From assembly GCA_965198265.1 (NCBI GenBank), contig CBDAPB010000032.1, forward strand, positions 194,557-258,556: DNA of 64,000 bases. Reading direction: 5' to 3'. This DNA is from Terriglobia bacterium. Its GTDB lineage: Bacteria > Acidobacteriota > Terriglobia > 20CM-2-55-15. Under the pieces are notes generated by a model that was not told where the DNA came from, did no database searches, and was given only the letters and a program-made list of their open reading frames with translations. Positions within the stretch are counted from its first letter, which is position 1, and every line of letters starts with the position of its first letter. Shown here piece after piece: positions 26,785-35,981 of this stretch. Both the position numbers and the translations under genes were made by a program.

Positions 26785-27722
26785 TGTTCTCCCATGAAAA
26801 TCGTTTACTCCCCGATTACTTCCTCAACTTCGGAGACGCCCATGTCTTTCCGATCGAGAAGTATCGTCTCGTCTACGAGGAGATTCGAGCGTTTGTCGAT
26901 GACGACGACTTTGTAACCCCCAATCCCGCGACCGACGAAGACATCCTCACCGTCCATGACTTCAACTACCTGCAGAAGCTGAAGACGGGCATGATGTCCG
27001 AGGGCGAGCTCAGGGTCGCAGAGGTCCCGTTTTCACCCGCACTCGTGGACGCTTTCTGGCTCGCCACGGGCGGCACGCTTCTCGCTGGAGAGCTTGCTTG
27101 CGAGGAGGGGCGCGCTATGAACCTGACCGGAGGGTTTCACCATGCCTTTCCCGACCACGCGGAAGGATTCTGTCTGGTCAATGACGTTGCCGTTGCCATC
27201 CGGGTGCTCCAAAAGAAGCGGAGCATCGAGACGGCCATGACCATCGATTGCGACGTCCATCACGGCAACGGCACGGCGTTCATATTCGAACAGGACCCCC
27301 GCGTGACGACGATCTCACTGCATCAGGCTGACAACTACCCGGCCGTCAAGCCACCGAGCGACATCGACGTCCCGCTTCGCGATGGCTGCACCGACCAGGA
27401 GTACGCTCGGGAATTGGAGCGTGCGCTCGCAACCGGATTCGACGATGCCTCCCCGGACCTGGTCTTCTACCTGGCCGGCGCCGATCCCTACCGCCAGGAC
27501 ATGCTCGGGGGGCTGGGCCTGACTATCGACGGGCTGGCGAATCGTGATCGCATGGTTCTGGAAGCGTGCGCAGATCAAGGTGTCGCCTGCGCCGTCGTCC
27601 TCGCGGGCGGCTATGCCCAGAATACAAACGACACGGTCACCATCCACGTCAACACTGTCCGCGTCGCCCGGGAGACCGCGTTACCGTCGACAAACCCTAC
27701 CGGAACGGGTTCCTTGAAATGA
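26784..27722 (+). CDS. Histone deacetylase-family (arginase/deacetylase superfamily) protein, AcuC/HDAC-like
   Basis: GGFHHA, DxDxHHGNG and GGY motifs. The N-terminus is ambiguous (TTG start per ORF track; an ATG MKIVYSP lies in the +1 frame). Confidence 0.85.
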   Translation: MFSHENRLLPDYFLNFGDAHVFPIEKYRLVYEEIRAFVDDDDFVTPNPATDEDILTVHDFNYLQKLKTGMMSEGELRVAEVPFSPALVDAFWLATGGTLLAGELACEEGRAMNLTGGFHHAFPDHAEGFCLVNDVAVAIRVLQKKRSIETAMTIDCDVHHGNGTAFIFEQDPRVTTISLHQADNYPAVKPPSDIDVPLRDGCTDQEYARELERALATGFDDASPDLVFYLAGADPYRQDMLGGLGLTIDGLANRDRMVLEACADQGVACAVVLAGGYAQNTNDTVTIHVNTVRVARETALPSTNPTGTGSLK

Positions 27723-27816
27723 ATGGCCGCGAGTGCCAGCCCTCCGAAATGGCGTTACAATCGCCTTCTTGGAGGATCAGCTCTTGACCGACGTCGCTCA
27801 CGGACTCTCCAGCACC

Positions 27817-28689
27817 ATGCAGATCCGAAAGGCCGTCTTCCCGGCCGCCGGGCTCGGTACCCGTTTTCTTCCCGCGACGAAAGCTCAGCCCAAAGAAATG
27901 ATGCCGCTCGTCGACAAACCGCTAATCCAGTACGTGGTCGAGGAGGCGGTGGCGTCGGGAATCCGCAACATTACGATCGTGACCGGCCGAGGCAAGAACG
28001 CGATCGAGGATCACTTCGATGTGTCCTTCGAGTTGGAACGCATCCTCGAAGAACGAGGCAAGACCGCGGAGCTGGCCGAGATGGACCAGATCTCGAACAT
28101 GGTCAACGTCTCGTACGTTCGGCAGAAAGAAGCGCTGGGACTCGGGCACGCGATCATGATGGCTCGGGAGTCGGTCGGGGCAGAGCCCTTCGCAGTGCTG
28201 CTTGGCGACGACATCATCGACTCAGAGACACCCTGCCTGAAGCAGATGACGGATTTGTTCGACAAGCTTCAGTCGTCGATGATCGCAACCTGCCGAGTGC
28301 CCACCGATGAAGTCTCACATTACGGGATCATCCAGGGATACCCGTTGGACGGTTACGCAGGTCGTGTCTTCCGAATCCAGGACGTCGTCGAGAAACCCGA
28401 AGCCGCCGAGGCGCCTTCCGACCTGGCCATCATCGGCCGTTATCTCCTGACCCCCGAAATCTTTCATGCTCTCGAGCGCACCGATGCCGGCCGCGGCGGC
28501 GAAATTCAACTGACCGACGCGATTCGCCTGTTGCTGGAGCAGCAACCCGTCTACGCCTATATGTTCGAGGGCACCCGCTACGATGCCGGTGACAAACTCG
28601 GTTTCCTCAAAGCCACCGTCGAATTCGCGCTCAAACGCAACGACCTGGGCTCGGATTTCCGCGAGTATCTGCGCTCCTTGAACCCGTAA
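27817..28689 (+). CDS. galU: UTP--glucose-1-phosphate uridylyltransferase
   Basis: AVFPAAGLGTRFLPATKAQPKEMMPLVDKPLIQY signature. The start was taken at the internal MQIRK. Confidence 0.9.
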   Translation: MQIRKAVFPAAGLGTRFLPATKAQPKEMMPLVDKPLIQYVVEEAVASGIRNITIVTGRGKNAIEDHFDVSFELERILEERGKTAELAEMDQISNMVNVSYVRQKEALGLGHAIMMARESVGAEPFAVLLGDDIIDSETPCLKQMTDLFDKLQSSMIATCRVPTDEVSHYGIIQGYPLDGYAGRVFRIQDVVEKPEAAEAPSDLAIIGRYLLTPEIFHALERTDAGRGGEIQLTDAIRLLLEQQPVYAYMFEGTRYDAGDKLGFLKATVEFALKRNDLGSDFREYLRSLNP

Positions 28690-28750
28690 GCCCTGGATTG
28701 CACGGACGAATTCGGCTACGGATTTAGCGGATTTAGCGGATTACGAGACG
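28690..28750. repeat. Second copy of the CACGGA / GGATTTAGC repeat cluster (GGATTTAGC x2 tandem)
   Basis: Shares 14-19-nt blocks with 14340-14385 in reverse complement. Confidence 0.7.
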
Positions 28751-28761
28751 CCAAAGAGGAA

Positions 28762-28787
28762 GCCCCGGTTCTTGGTAGAACCGGGGC
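28762..28787 (+). terminator. Hairpin after galU (GCCCCGGTTC-loop-GAACCGGGGC), weak or no T-tract
   Basis: Perfect 10-bp stem 70 nt after the galU stop. Confidence 0.45.
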
Positions 28788-29025
28788 CATGTATTCAAGT
28801 GAGGATATCAATAAGAGAATAGCTACGCTATGTAAGCAGGACCGCTCTTAGGAACGAACAGTGGCTATTGTTGATTGGGCATTATGGTAGGTTTTTGTTG
28901 ATTCCTTTCGGTACTCGTCAAAACTGAGATTCAATCTCTAGTCCTTTAGGCGTATACCAAGCTAGCTATTGTAGCGAGCCAACCGGTCGAGTCAAGCTTA
29001 AAACCGGCCAAAGTGATTTCTCGCG

Positions 29026-29817
29026 ATGTCAAAAGGCACCCTCTACGTCGTCGGGACACCGATCGGCAACCTCGCTGATTTGTCTCATCGAGCCGCGTCA
29101 CTCCTGGCGAAGGTGGATCTCGTTGCCTGTGAGGACACGCGGCGGTCCGTCAAGCTGCTCAATCACTACGGAATCCGCCGGCCGCTGGAAAGCTATCACG
29201 AGTTCAATGAAGTGGAAAAGGCCGAAGAGCTTGCTGCACGCATCGCCTCGGGCACCGACGTCGCGCTGATATCCGATGCGGGCACACCAACAGTGGCGGA
29301 CCCCGGATACCGCCTGATTCGGCTGTGCCGCGCGCGTGAAGTCCAGATCGTACCCGTGCCGGGACCGTCGGCCAGCGTGGCCGCACTATCGGTCTCAGGC
29401 CTGCCGAGTGATGTCTTCTCTTTCGGGGGCTTTCTACCGGCGCGGCAGAGCCATCGCCGCCGCAAGCTCGCTTCGTACGAATCCGTTCCAACCACGTTGA
29501 TCTTCTTCGAAACACCGCGCCGCATTCGGTCCGCCCTGGAAGACATGCTGGAGGTACTCGGGGACCGGGAGATCTTCGTGGGCCGGGAGTTGACCAAGAT
29601 TCATGAGGAGCATCTGTCCGGACACATCTCGGAGATTCTGCCCCGGATCGTCGAAAAAGGGGAATTCGTGATCGTGGTCGCGGGTAACCGGGATTCGAAG
29701 TCCGAGCGTATCGACGTGTCCGGCCTGACACGCAAGCAGCTGCTCAAGTTGTTGTCCACGCAAACCGGAATAAGCAAGAAGCAGCTCTACGACATCCTCT
29801 TCAAGAAGGAAGACTAG
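29026..29817 (+). CDS. rsmI: 16S rRNA (cytidine1402-2'-O)-methyltransferase
   Basis: TLYVVGTPIGNLADLS...ACEDTR tetrapyrrole-methylase fold. Confidence 0.9.
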   Translation: MSKGTLYVVGTPIGNLADLSHRAASLLAKVDLVACEDTRRSVKLLNHYGIRRPLESYHEFNEVEKAEELAARIASGTDVALISDAGTPTVADPGYRLIRLCRAREVQIVPVPGPSASVAALSVSGLPSDVFSFGGFLPARQSHRRRKLASYESVPTTLIFFETPRRIRSALEDMLEVLGDREIFVGRELTKIHEEHLSGHISEILPRIVEKGEFVIVVAGNRDSKSERIDVSGLTRKQLLKLLSTQTGISKKQLYDILFKKED

Positions 29818-29834
29818 GGGGGTCCCCAAAAGCT

Positions 29835-29989
29835 CCCCTCCTTGGATATAAGGAGGGGTGGATGCGCCGCCAGGCGCAGACGGGGTGGTTGGATCAACTG
29901 GGTGGATGCCTCCCAAACACACACGGAGTCGTTTTCTTGATCAACACCACCCCGGCGCTTCGCGCCACCCCTCCTCATCTGAGGAGGGG
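29835..29989. repeat. Pair of related hairpins, CCCCTCCT-loop-AGGAGGGG (29835-29858 and 29968-29989), between convergent rsmI and blaI-like genes
   Basis: Two 8-bp-stem hairpins with nearly identical stems. Likely bidirectional terminators. Confidence 0.6.
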
Positions 29990-30030
29990 AGTCTGATGTG
30001 TCGAATCCCCAATTCACCAGAAATGCTCTA

Positions 30031-30390
30031 CTACAGCAGGGTGTCGTCGAGGGGTGGAGCGTCCTTCGAGGGGGGAGGGGGCGCGACGGGTTCCCTTCCG
30101 GACAGGTAGGATCGAAGACTTGCCCGGGAGCCCCCGAAAAAACCGTCCAGGAGCACTCCGACTGCTTCCCGACGCGCCTGCGCCTCGGTTACGACGGGTC
30201 GGTACACGTGTGCTCTCGACTTCTTGCGCCGCTGCACCAGATCCTTCTTGAACAGCCGATCCATTACGGTCATGACCGTCGTGTAAGCCAGCCCTCTGTC
30301 AGGTACAAGGTCGTCCTGAACCTGGCGGACGGTGGCCTCCCCCCGCCGCCACAGGGACTTCATGATTGCCAGTTCCAGCGGCGTGAGCAT
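30031..30390 (-). CDS. BlaI/MecI/CopY family transcriptional repressor (no adjacent BlaR1)
   Basis: LTPLELAIMKSLWRRGEATVRQV winged helix plus C-terminal dimerisation region. Confidence 0.85.
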   Translation of the reverse strand: MLTPLELAIMKSLWRRGEATVRQVQDDLVPDRGLAYTTVMTVMDRLFKKDLVQRRKKSRAHVYRPVVTEAQARREAVGVLLDGFFGGSRASLRSYLSGREPVAPPPPSKDAPPLDDTLL

Positions 30391-30391
30391 C

Positions 30392-30661
30392 TCAGCCCTC
30401 CGCCACCTTGCGGATGTTCTCCAGAACTTCGATCATTTCGCGGGATTCTACCTTACCGGGTGCTCGATCGGGCAGAGATCGGATCTTGAACTTCAACTGT
30501 CGGTTCGTCAGATCGAGCGTGACAATGTCGTCGATGCGGAGTTGGTGACCTGCCCGGGCGAGGCGACCGTTGACCTGGACGCGGCCGGCATCGCAGGTGG
30601 CTTTTGCCATCGGCCGCCGGGGGATGACGCGGCACCACTTCAAAAACAGGTCCAGTCGCAC
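30392..30661 (-). CDS. S4-domain RNA-binding protein (Hsp15/HslR-like)
   Basis: MRLDLFLKWCRV...GRVQVNGRLARAGHQLRIDDIV S4 fold. Its stop overlaps the blaI-like start. Confidence 0.7.
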   Translation of the reverse strand: MRLDLFLKWCRVIPRRPMAKATCDAGRVQVNGRLARAGHQLRIDDIVTLDLTNRQLKFKIRSLPDRAPGKVESREMIEVLENIRKVAEG

Positions 30662-30686
30662 TTATCCAGGAAGCGTGAGGGCGTGA

Positions 30687-31700
30687 CTAGTTCTGGCTGG
30701 AGCCGGCCCCACCCGAATCGCTGTAACCTTCACGAATCTCGATGAATCCCGCGAGTCGCAACCGCGTCAGGTAATCACGAACGCGGAGCGTGACCCGGTC
30801 GGACCAGAGGCGGTCCCGAATGTCGTTACGCGCCAGTTCGAACTCCAAGATGCCTCCGTCGTGCCGATCCGGGACCTTCAGGATGACCAGGGCGTCTGAC
30901 AATTGGATGACCTCGCTGACTTCGTTGCGACCGAGGTCGGCAGCGGCTGCTTCGTAGTCTTCACTGAGCTGGCCCTTCTCGAAAAACCCGAGGTCTCCAA
31001 AATTCGATGCGGTGCCGGACTCGGAAACCTCGTTGGCAACCTCTCCGAAATCATCTCCGCTCCCCACGCGAAGGAGGGTTTCGTCGGCCTTTTCCCTGAT
31101 CGCCTCCAGCTCCTCGGGCGTCTTGCCTGCGGTCAGGAACACGATTTCTTGGAGACGGATGCCCGCGGGCCGATTGAAATCGGCCTTGCGTTCCTCGTAG
31201 TAGTTCTGGAGATCTTCGGTCGTGATAATAATCTTCGGGTAGACTTCGCGCTGCAGAACCTGGCCGGTGAGGTACTGCATCGCGATGTTCTCCTTGAAGG
31301 TCTCGATATTCTGGCCTTGTTGGAGGATTGCGGACTCGAGCGACTCGAGGCTGTCGAACTGGTACTCCTGCCGAAGGCGTTCCATGGTCTTGATCACCTC
31401 CAGGTCGGCGGTCATATCCAGGTCCTTCGCCTTCTGGAGCAGCAGGTGGTTATCGATCATGGTGCGAAGCAGGTCCTTCCTGCTTTCTTCGACGGCTCGT
31501 TCCAGCTGCAAACCCTGCAACTGCTGGGACAGCTCCGCCTCCATCGACTGCTCTGTCTCCTCGTATTCGGAGCGCAGGATGATATCGGCGTTCACCCTGG
31601 CGATGATTTCGTCAAGGGTCTTCTGGGCGACGGCCGATCCGGCCCAGAGACCGATCCCGACAATGGACAGTACCAATACTCGACGCATGCGCTTCCTCAC
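30687..31700 (-). CDS. Periplasmic chaperone / parvulin-type peptidyl-prolyl isomerase (SurA/PpiD-like)
   Basis: Signal peptide, SurA N-terminal-like helical region, PpiC-type rotamase region. Family-level call. Confidence 0.75.
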   Translation of the reverse strand: MRKRMRRVLVLSIVGIGLWAGSAVAQKTLDEIIARVNADIILRSEYEETEQSMEAELSQQLQGLQLERAVEESRKDLLRTMIDNHLLLQKAKDLDMTADLEVIKTMERLRQEYQFDSLESLESAILQQGQNIETFKENIAMQYLTGQVLQREVYPKIIITTEDLQNYYEERKADFNRPAGIRLQEIVFLTAGKTPEELEAIREKADETLLRVGSGDDFGEVANEVSESGTASNFGDLGFFEKGQLSEDYEAAAADLGRNEVSEVIQLSDALVILKVPDRHDGGILEFELARNDIRDRLWSDRVTLRVRDYLTRLRLAGFIEIREGYSDSGGAGSSQN

Positions 31701-31757
31701 TCGCCCAAGCAGGCACTGGCTGCAGTGGGCAGATAGATTCTTCTCAAAAAGGATATA

Positions 31758-34700
31758 TCAAGACAGTTCCAGCAGCACGTCTTGAATGGTCTCGAAGAGT
31801 TCCCGCCGGGATCCGGCTGCCTTGATCCGAAGCGTCGCCGGCGGCGCGAACATGACTCTCCGACCCTCCTCCACGAGTTGGACGATCCGATCCGGGCTAA
31901 CGCGAGCTTTTTCGTGAAAAACGACGTCGACAAAGTCCCGCTTCCTGTCGATCGAGTGGATACCCAGGCTGCGGCCGAAGACCCGCAGCCGGGCGTATTC
32001 GAGAATGTTCTGAACCTGGACGGGTAGTTCGCCGAACCGGTCCTCGAGGTCGCGGTATTGCTCATCGATCTCTTCCACGGTTCGCGCCGACGCGACGCTC
32101 TTGTAGATCCGCAGCCGCAGGGCTTCGTCGGACACGAAGCTGGTCGGGAGCCTTAAATCCGCTTGGAGATTGATGGAAGTATCGACGTCCGGCGGCGCTT
32201 CTCCGGTGCGCAGCTCCTCCATGGTTCGCTCGAGCATCTGGCAGTAGAGGTCGAAACCGATCGCCTCGATGTGGCCATGTTGCTGGCCGCCAAGCAGGTT
32301 CCCCGCACCCCGAAGCTCCAGATCCAGCGCGGCGACACGAAAACCGGCGCCCAGTTCGCTGAACTCCCGGATGGCGGCCAGCCGGCGGCGCGCGATCGGA
32401 GTCAATGTCTTGTCGGAAGGAATCAACAGGTAGGCAAACGCTCGGCGGTTCGAGCGGCCGACCCTGCCGCGCAGCTGATAGAGCTGCGCCAGGCCGTACC
32501 GATCGGCCCGGTTGACCAACATCGTGTTGGCGGCAGCAATGTCGAGGCCGTTCTCGATGATGGTCGTGCTGACGAGAACGTCGAACTCATGGTGCATGAA
32601 CCGCAACATGATCCGCTCCAGTTCCTTCTCCGCCATCTGCCCGTGGCCCACACCGACCCGGGCCTTGGGACAGATGCGCTGGACGAAGCTGGCCATCGAG
32701 TAGATCGATTGGACGCGGTTGTGAACAAAATAGACCTGGCCTCCGCGGTCCAGTTCGAAGTCGATCGCGTTCTGGATCACGGTCGTGTTGAACTTCACCA
32801 CTGCCGTGTTGATCGCCAGGCGATCCCGCGGCGGAGTTTCGATCACGGACATGTCACGAAGACCGGTCAGGGCCATGTGCAGCGTTCGGGGAATCGGCGT
32901 CGCTGTCATCGTCACGACGTCGACCTGTTTTTTCAACTGCTTGAGCCGTTCTTTGTGGGTCACTCCGAACCGCTGCTCTTCGTCGACGATCAGCAGGCCG
33001 AGATCCTGGAAATCCACATCCTTCGACAGCAAGCGGTGAGTTCCCACCACGACGTCCACCTTGCCCGATTCGATGTCCCGAATGACCTGCTTCTGTTGTT
33101 TAGGGGGGACAAATCGGCTCAGCATGGCAACGGTCACCGGAAAGGCGGCGAATCGCTCTTTGAGGGTCTCGAAGTGCTGGAAGCAGAGAACCGTGGTCGG
33201 GGCCAGCATCGCGACCTGTTTGTTGTCGGAGACTGCCTTGAACACGGCACGCATGCCGACTTCCGTCTTACCGTATCCCACGTCGCCGCAGATGAGGCGA
33301 TCCATAGGCACCTGCGCCTCCATGTCTCTCTTGATGTCAACGATCGCGGCCAGCTGATCGGGCGTCTCCTCGTACTGGAACGCTTCTTCGAACTCCTGCT
33401 GCCATTCATTGTCCGGAGAAAAGGAATGTCCCAGCGCAACCTTGCGTTCCGCGTAGAGCCGCAGCAGTTCGTGCGCCATGTCCCGGATGGCTCGCTTGAC
33501 GCGCGCCTTGCGCGCCACCCAGGTCGTCCCTCCGAGCTTGTCCAGCTTGGGTTTGGCGCCCTCGGCCGCAGAGTACTTCTGCACAAGATCCAACCGCTCC
33601 AGCGGCACGTAGAGCCGGTCCCCCTCGTGGTAGCTGAGGGCCATGCATTCCCGATCGTGAATCGTCGTGATGCCTCCGTACAAACCGATTCCATGGTCCA
33701 CGTGGACGACGTACTGACCTTCCTTCAGGTCCTGGAGGTCCGACATGAAGCTTGCGGTCTTCTTACGCCGTCGGGGCGCCGCAAAATGCTCGGTCTCGTC
33801 GAGGATGTCGGTTTCGGCAAAAACCTCGAGGCCCACCTCCCGAAGACGGAAACCAGCCGACAGCCGTCCGATAGCAACAACCGGCGTGTTGTCTTCTTCT
33901 TGCGGTTTGATCGGCTGTTCGCCGAACTCGGTCCGGAAAGGGAGCTCGTACTCGTGAAGGATGTCCCGTAGGCGTTCCGCCATTCCCAGGGTGCTGCCAA
34001 GCAGGACCACCTGGGTCCCCGCCTCAAAGGACTGCCGGATGGTTTCCACCATCTCGCGAATCCGCCCGTGAAACCGCCTTGCCGGCTGTCCCACGATAAG
34101 GAATTCGGAACCGTCAGAAGCAAGCTCTTCCAGGTTCAGGGACGAATGAAACTCGATCAATTCCGCCAGATCGGATGGCGGCATGAACAGGTTTTCAGGC
34201 GCCAGAGCGATGCCGCCGGCCGTCCTGGTCTGGGAGTATCTTTGTTCGAGGACCCCGAAGAACTTCTCGTAGGATTCTTCGAGAAGCTCCGGCTCATCCA
34301 GGACAAACACTGCGCCTTCCGAGTAGTCCGTAAGGGCGGCTTTCAGCGGGTACGACTCTGGAATGAGGAATGACGAGCCCGGAAAGGGCTCGCCGTCGTC
34401 TGCGAAGACGAGCTTATCGCGAAGGTCGCTCTGGTACGTGTCGTCGACCCAACGCCGGCGTGCCGCCGAAGCCCAATTGCGGTACATTTCGCGCGTCACG
34501 AAATGCTCCTGCATCGGCAGGATGTCGATTCGGCGGATTGGGCTCCGCGATCGCTGGTCGTCGAGGTCGAACTCTCGAATCGAATCGACGGTATCCCCAA
34601 AGAATTCGATCCGCACCGGATCGGCCATCAACGGCGAGAAGACGTCCACGATTCCTCCCCGCTGTGAGAACTCCCCGACCGAGCCAACCGGCTCCTGCCT

Positions 34701-35231
34701 GAGGTAGCCGGCCGTCGCCAGGTGCTCCAGCATCAGCTCCTGGGACACCTCGTCGCCGACCTTGATCTGCAAGCCATAGGAGTCGAAACTGGCGGGACGC
34801 TCGAGACGGCCCCCCAGCGCACGCACGGAGGTGATGACGACATCAGCGGTGCCCACACGAAGCCGCCAGAGCGTCTTCGCTCTCGCCTGCTGGGTGTCGG
34901 CGTGGGGGGTCAGACCAGAATAGGGATCGGTTTCCCAGGCGGGGAAGCCGCAGACGGCGTCCGACGGACGATTGTTCAACTCGCCGTGGAAGTACCCGAC
35001 ATCGACCGTCAGGCTCTCAGTGGCAGCGTCGTTCGCGGTGAGAAGGATGATCGGACGTTTGAAGGCGTTCCAGAGAGCCGCGACCATCAGGGCGCGAGAC
35101 GATCCGCTGAGCCCCGAGACGACGACCCGGCGCTCCCGCTTCAGAGTCTCGGACGCAATCTGCCGAATATCGGTGACGTCGAGGATGCCCGACAGAAGCT
35201 TCTGTAATCGGGTCTGTACGAGTTCGGGCAT
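31758..35231 (-). CDS. mfd: Transcription-repair coupling factor
   Basis: 1157 aa, UvrB-like N-terminus, RNA-polymerase-interacting domain, DEEQ helicase motifs, TRCF C-terminus. Confidence 0.97.
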   Translation of the reverse strand: MPELVQTRLQKLLSGILDVTDIRQIASETLKRERRVVVSGLSGSSRALMVAALWNAFKRPIILLTANDAATESLTVDVGYFHGELNNRPSDAVCGFPAWETDPYSGLTPHADTQQARAKTLWRLRVGTADVVITSVRALGGRLERPASFDSYGLQIKVGDEVSQELMLEHLATAGYLRQEPVGSVGEFSQRGGIVDVFSPLMADPVRIEFFGDTVDSIREFDLDDQRSRSPIRRIDILPMQEHFVTREMYRNWASAARRRWVDDTYQSDLRDKLVFADDGEPFPGSSFLIPESYPLKAALTDYSEGAVFVLDEPELLEESYEKFFGVLEQRYSQTRTAGGIALAPENLFMPPSDLAELIEFHSSLNLEELASDGSEFLIVGQPARRFHGRIREMVETIRQSFEAGTQVVLLGSTLGMAERLRDILHEYELPFRTEFGEQPIKPQEEDNTPVVAIGRLSAGFRLREVGLEVFAETDILDETEHFAAPRRRKKTASFMSDLQDLKEGQYVVHVDHGIGLYGGITTIHDRECMALSYHEGDRLYVPLERLDLVQKYSAAEGAKPKLDKLGGTTWVARKARVKRAIRDMAHELLRLYAERKVALGHSFSPDNEWQQEFEEAFQYEETPDQLAAIVDIKRDMEAQVPMDRLICGDVGYGKTEVGMRAVFKAVSDNKQVAMLAPTTVLCFQHFETLKERFAAFPVTVAMLSRFVPPKQQKQVIRDIESGKVDVVVGTHRLLSKDVDFQDLGLLIVDEEQRFGVTHKERLKQLKKQVDVVTMTATPIPRTLHMALTGLRDMSVIETPPRDRLAINTAVVKFNTTVIQNAIDFELDRGGQVYFVHNRVQSIYSMASFVQRICPKARVGVGHGQMAEKELERIMLRFMHHEFDVLVSTTIIENGLDIAAANTMLVNRADRYGLAQLYQLRGRVGRSNRRAFAYLLIPSDKTLTPIARRRLAAIREFSELGAGFRVAALDLELRGAGNLLGGQQHGHIEAIGFDLYCQMLERTMEELRTGEAPPDVDTSINLQADLRLPTSFVSDEALRLRIYKSVASARTVEEIDEQYRDLEDRFGELPVQVQNILEYARLRVFGRSLGIHSIDRKRDFVDVVFHEKARVSPDRIVQLVEEGRRVMFAPPATLRIKAAGSRRELFETIQDVLLELS

Positions 35232-35240
35232 GGGGGTGAA

Positions 35241-35374
35241 GAAGTAGTCAGTAGTCAGTAGTCAGTAGTCAGTTGCCGGAACGCTCAGCGGCAACTGTGG
35301 CCCGAACGAGTGACGAGTCAACCAATGACAAGCTGAACCCCAACTGACTACTGATTACTGACTACTGACTACTG
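35241..35374. repeat. Heptamer-repeat palindromic element with a 63-nt core (arms (GTAGTCA)4 / (TGACTAC)4)
   Basis: Lies between the mfd start and the hldE-like stop. Its core shares ACGCTCAGC.GC.A.TGTGGCCCGAAC with the 26613 copy. Confidence 0.9.
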
Positions 35375-35866
35375 CGGGTTGTCTCCCGCAAGGCGGGAGA
35401 CAACCCGCTCTATTATTCCCGAAGTGGACTGGCCTTCTACCAGTTCCAGCGCAACAACCTTGCCGCCCCATCCCTCCACCTCGGGCTGACCCACAATCCC
35501 TTCATCCAGCCAATCGGCGCCCTTCACGAGCACGTCGGGACGGATTTCGAGAATTGTCGCGAGCGGTGTGTCTTCCTCGAAAATATACACAAAATCAACC
35601 ATTTCGAGCGCGGCGAGGATCTCTTCGCGCTCCCGCTCGTCGAAGATGGGGCGTTTGTCGCCCTTCAGACGACTGACCGATTCGTCGCCGTTGATCGCGA
35701 CGATCAGCACATCGCCTAGCGCTCTGGCTCGCCGGAACAGGTCGATGTGGCCGGCATGCAGAAGGTCGAAGCAGCCGTTCGTCAGGACGACGCGCTTGCC
35801 CTCGGCCTGCAACCGGCGAACACGCTGCACAAGGATGTCAATTGTCTCGGTTTTGGACGTGGACAT
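35369..35866 (-). CDS. D-glycero-beta-D-manno-heptose 1-phosphate adenylyltransferase-like cytidylyltransferase (RfaE domain II / HldE C-terminus)
   Basis: VLTNGCFDLLHAGH motif. The C-terminal 11 codons are encoded by a perfect hairpin (35376-35406). Confidence 0.85.
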   Translation of the reverse strand: MSTSKTETIDILVQRVRRLQAEGKRVVLTNGCFDLLHAGHIDLFRRARALGDVLIVAINGDESVSRLKGDKRPIFDEREREEILAALEMVDFVYIFEEDTPLATILEIRPDVLVKGADWLDEGIVGQPEVEGWGGKVVALELVEGQSTSGIIERVVSRLAGDNPQ

Positions 35867-35981
35867 TAGGCTGATTTCGACCCCGCTGTATGCCCTTTCG
35901 AGCGATGCTCACACTGTCGCTTGTAGCGGCCGGCGGCGGGCTAGTTCATGAAACGAGGTGGTTTAGTATAGCATCGAGGCT

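Noticed and set aside
28790-29025. A tRNA or tmRNA in the AT-rich island
   Set aside because: No T-loop (GTTCRANYC) and no acceptor-stem/CCA pattern found by eye. Left as an unexplained island in findings.
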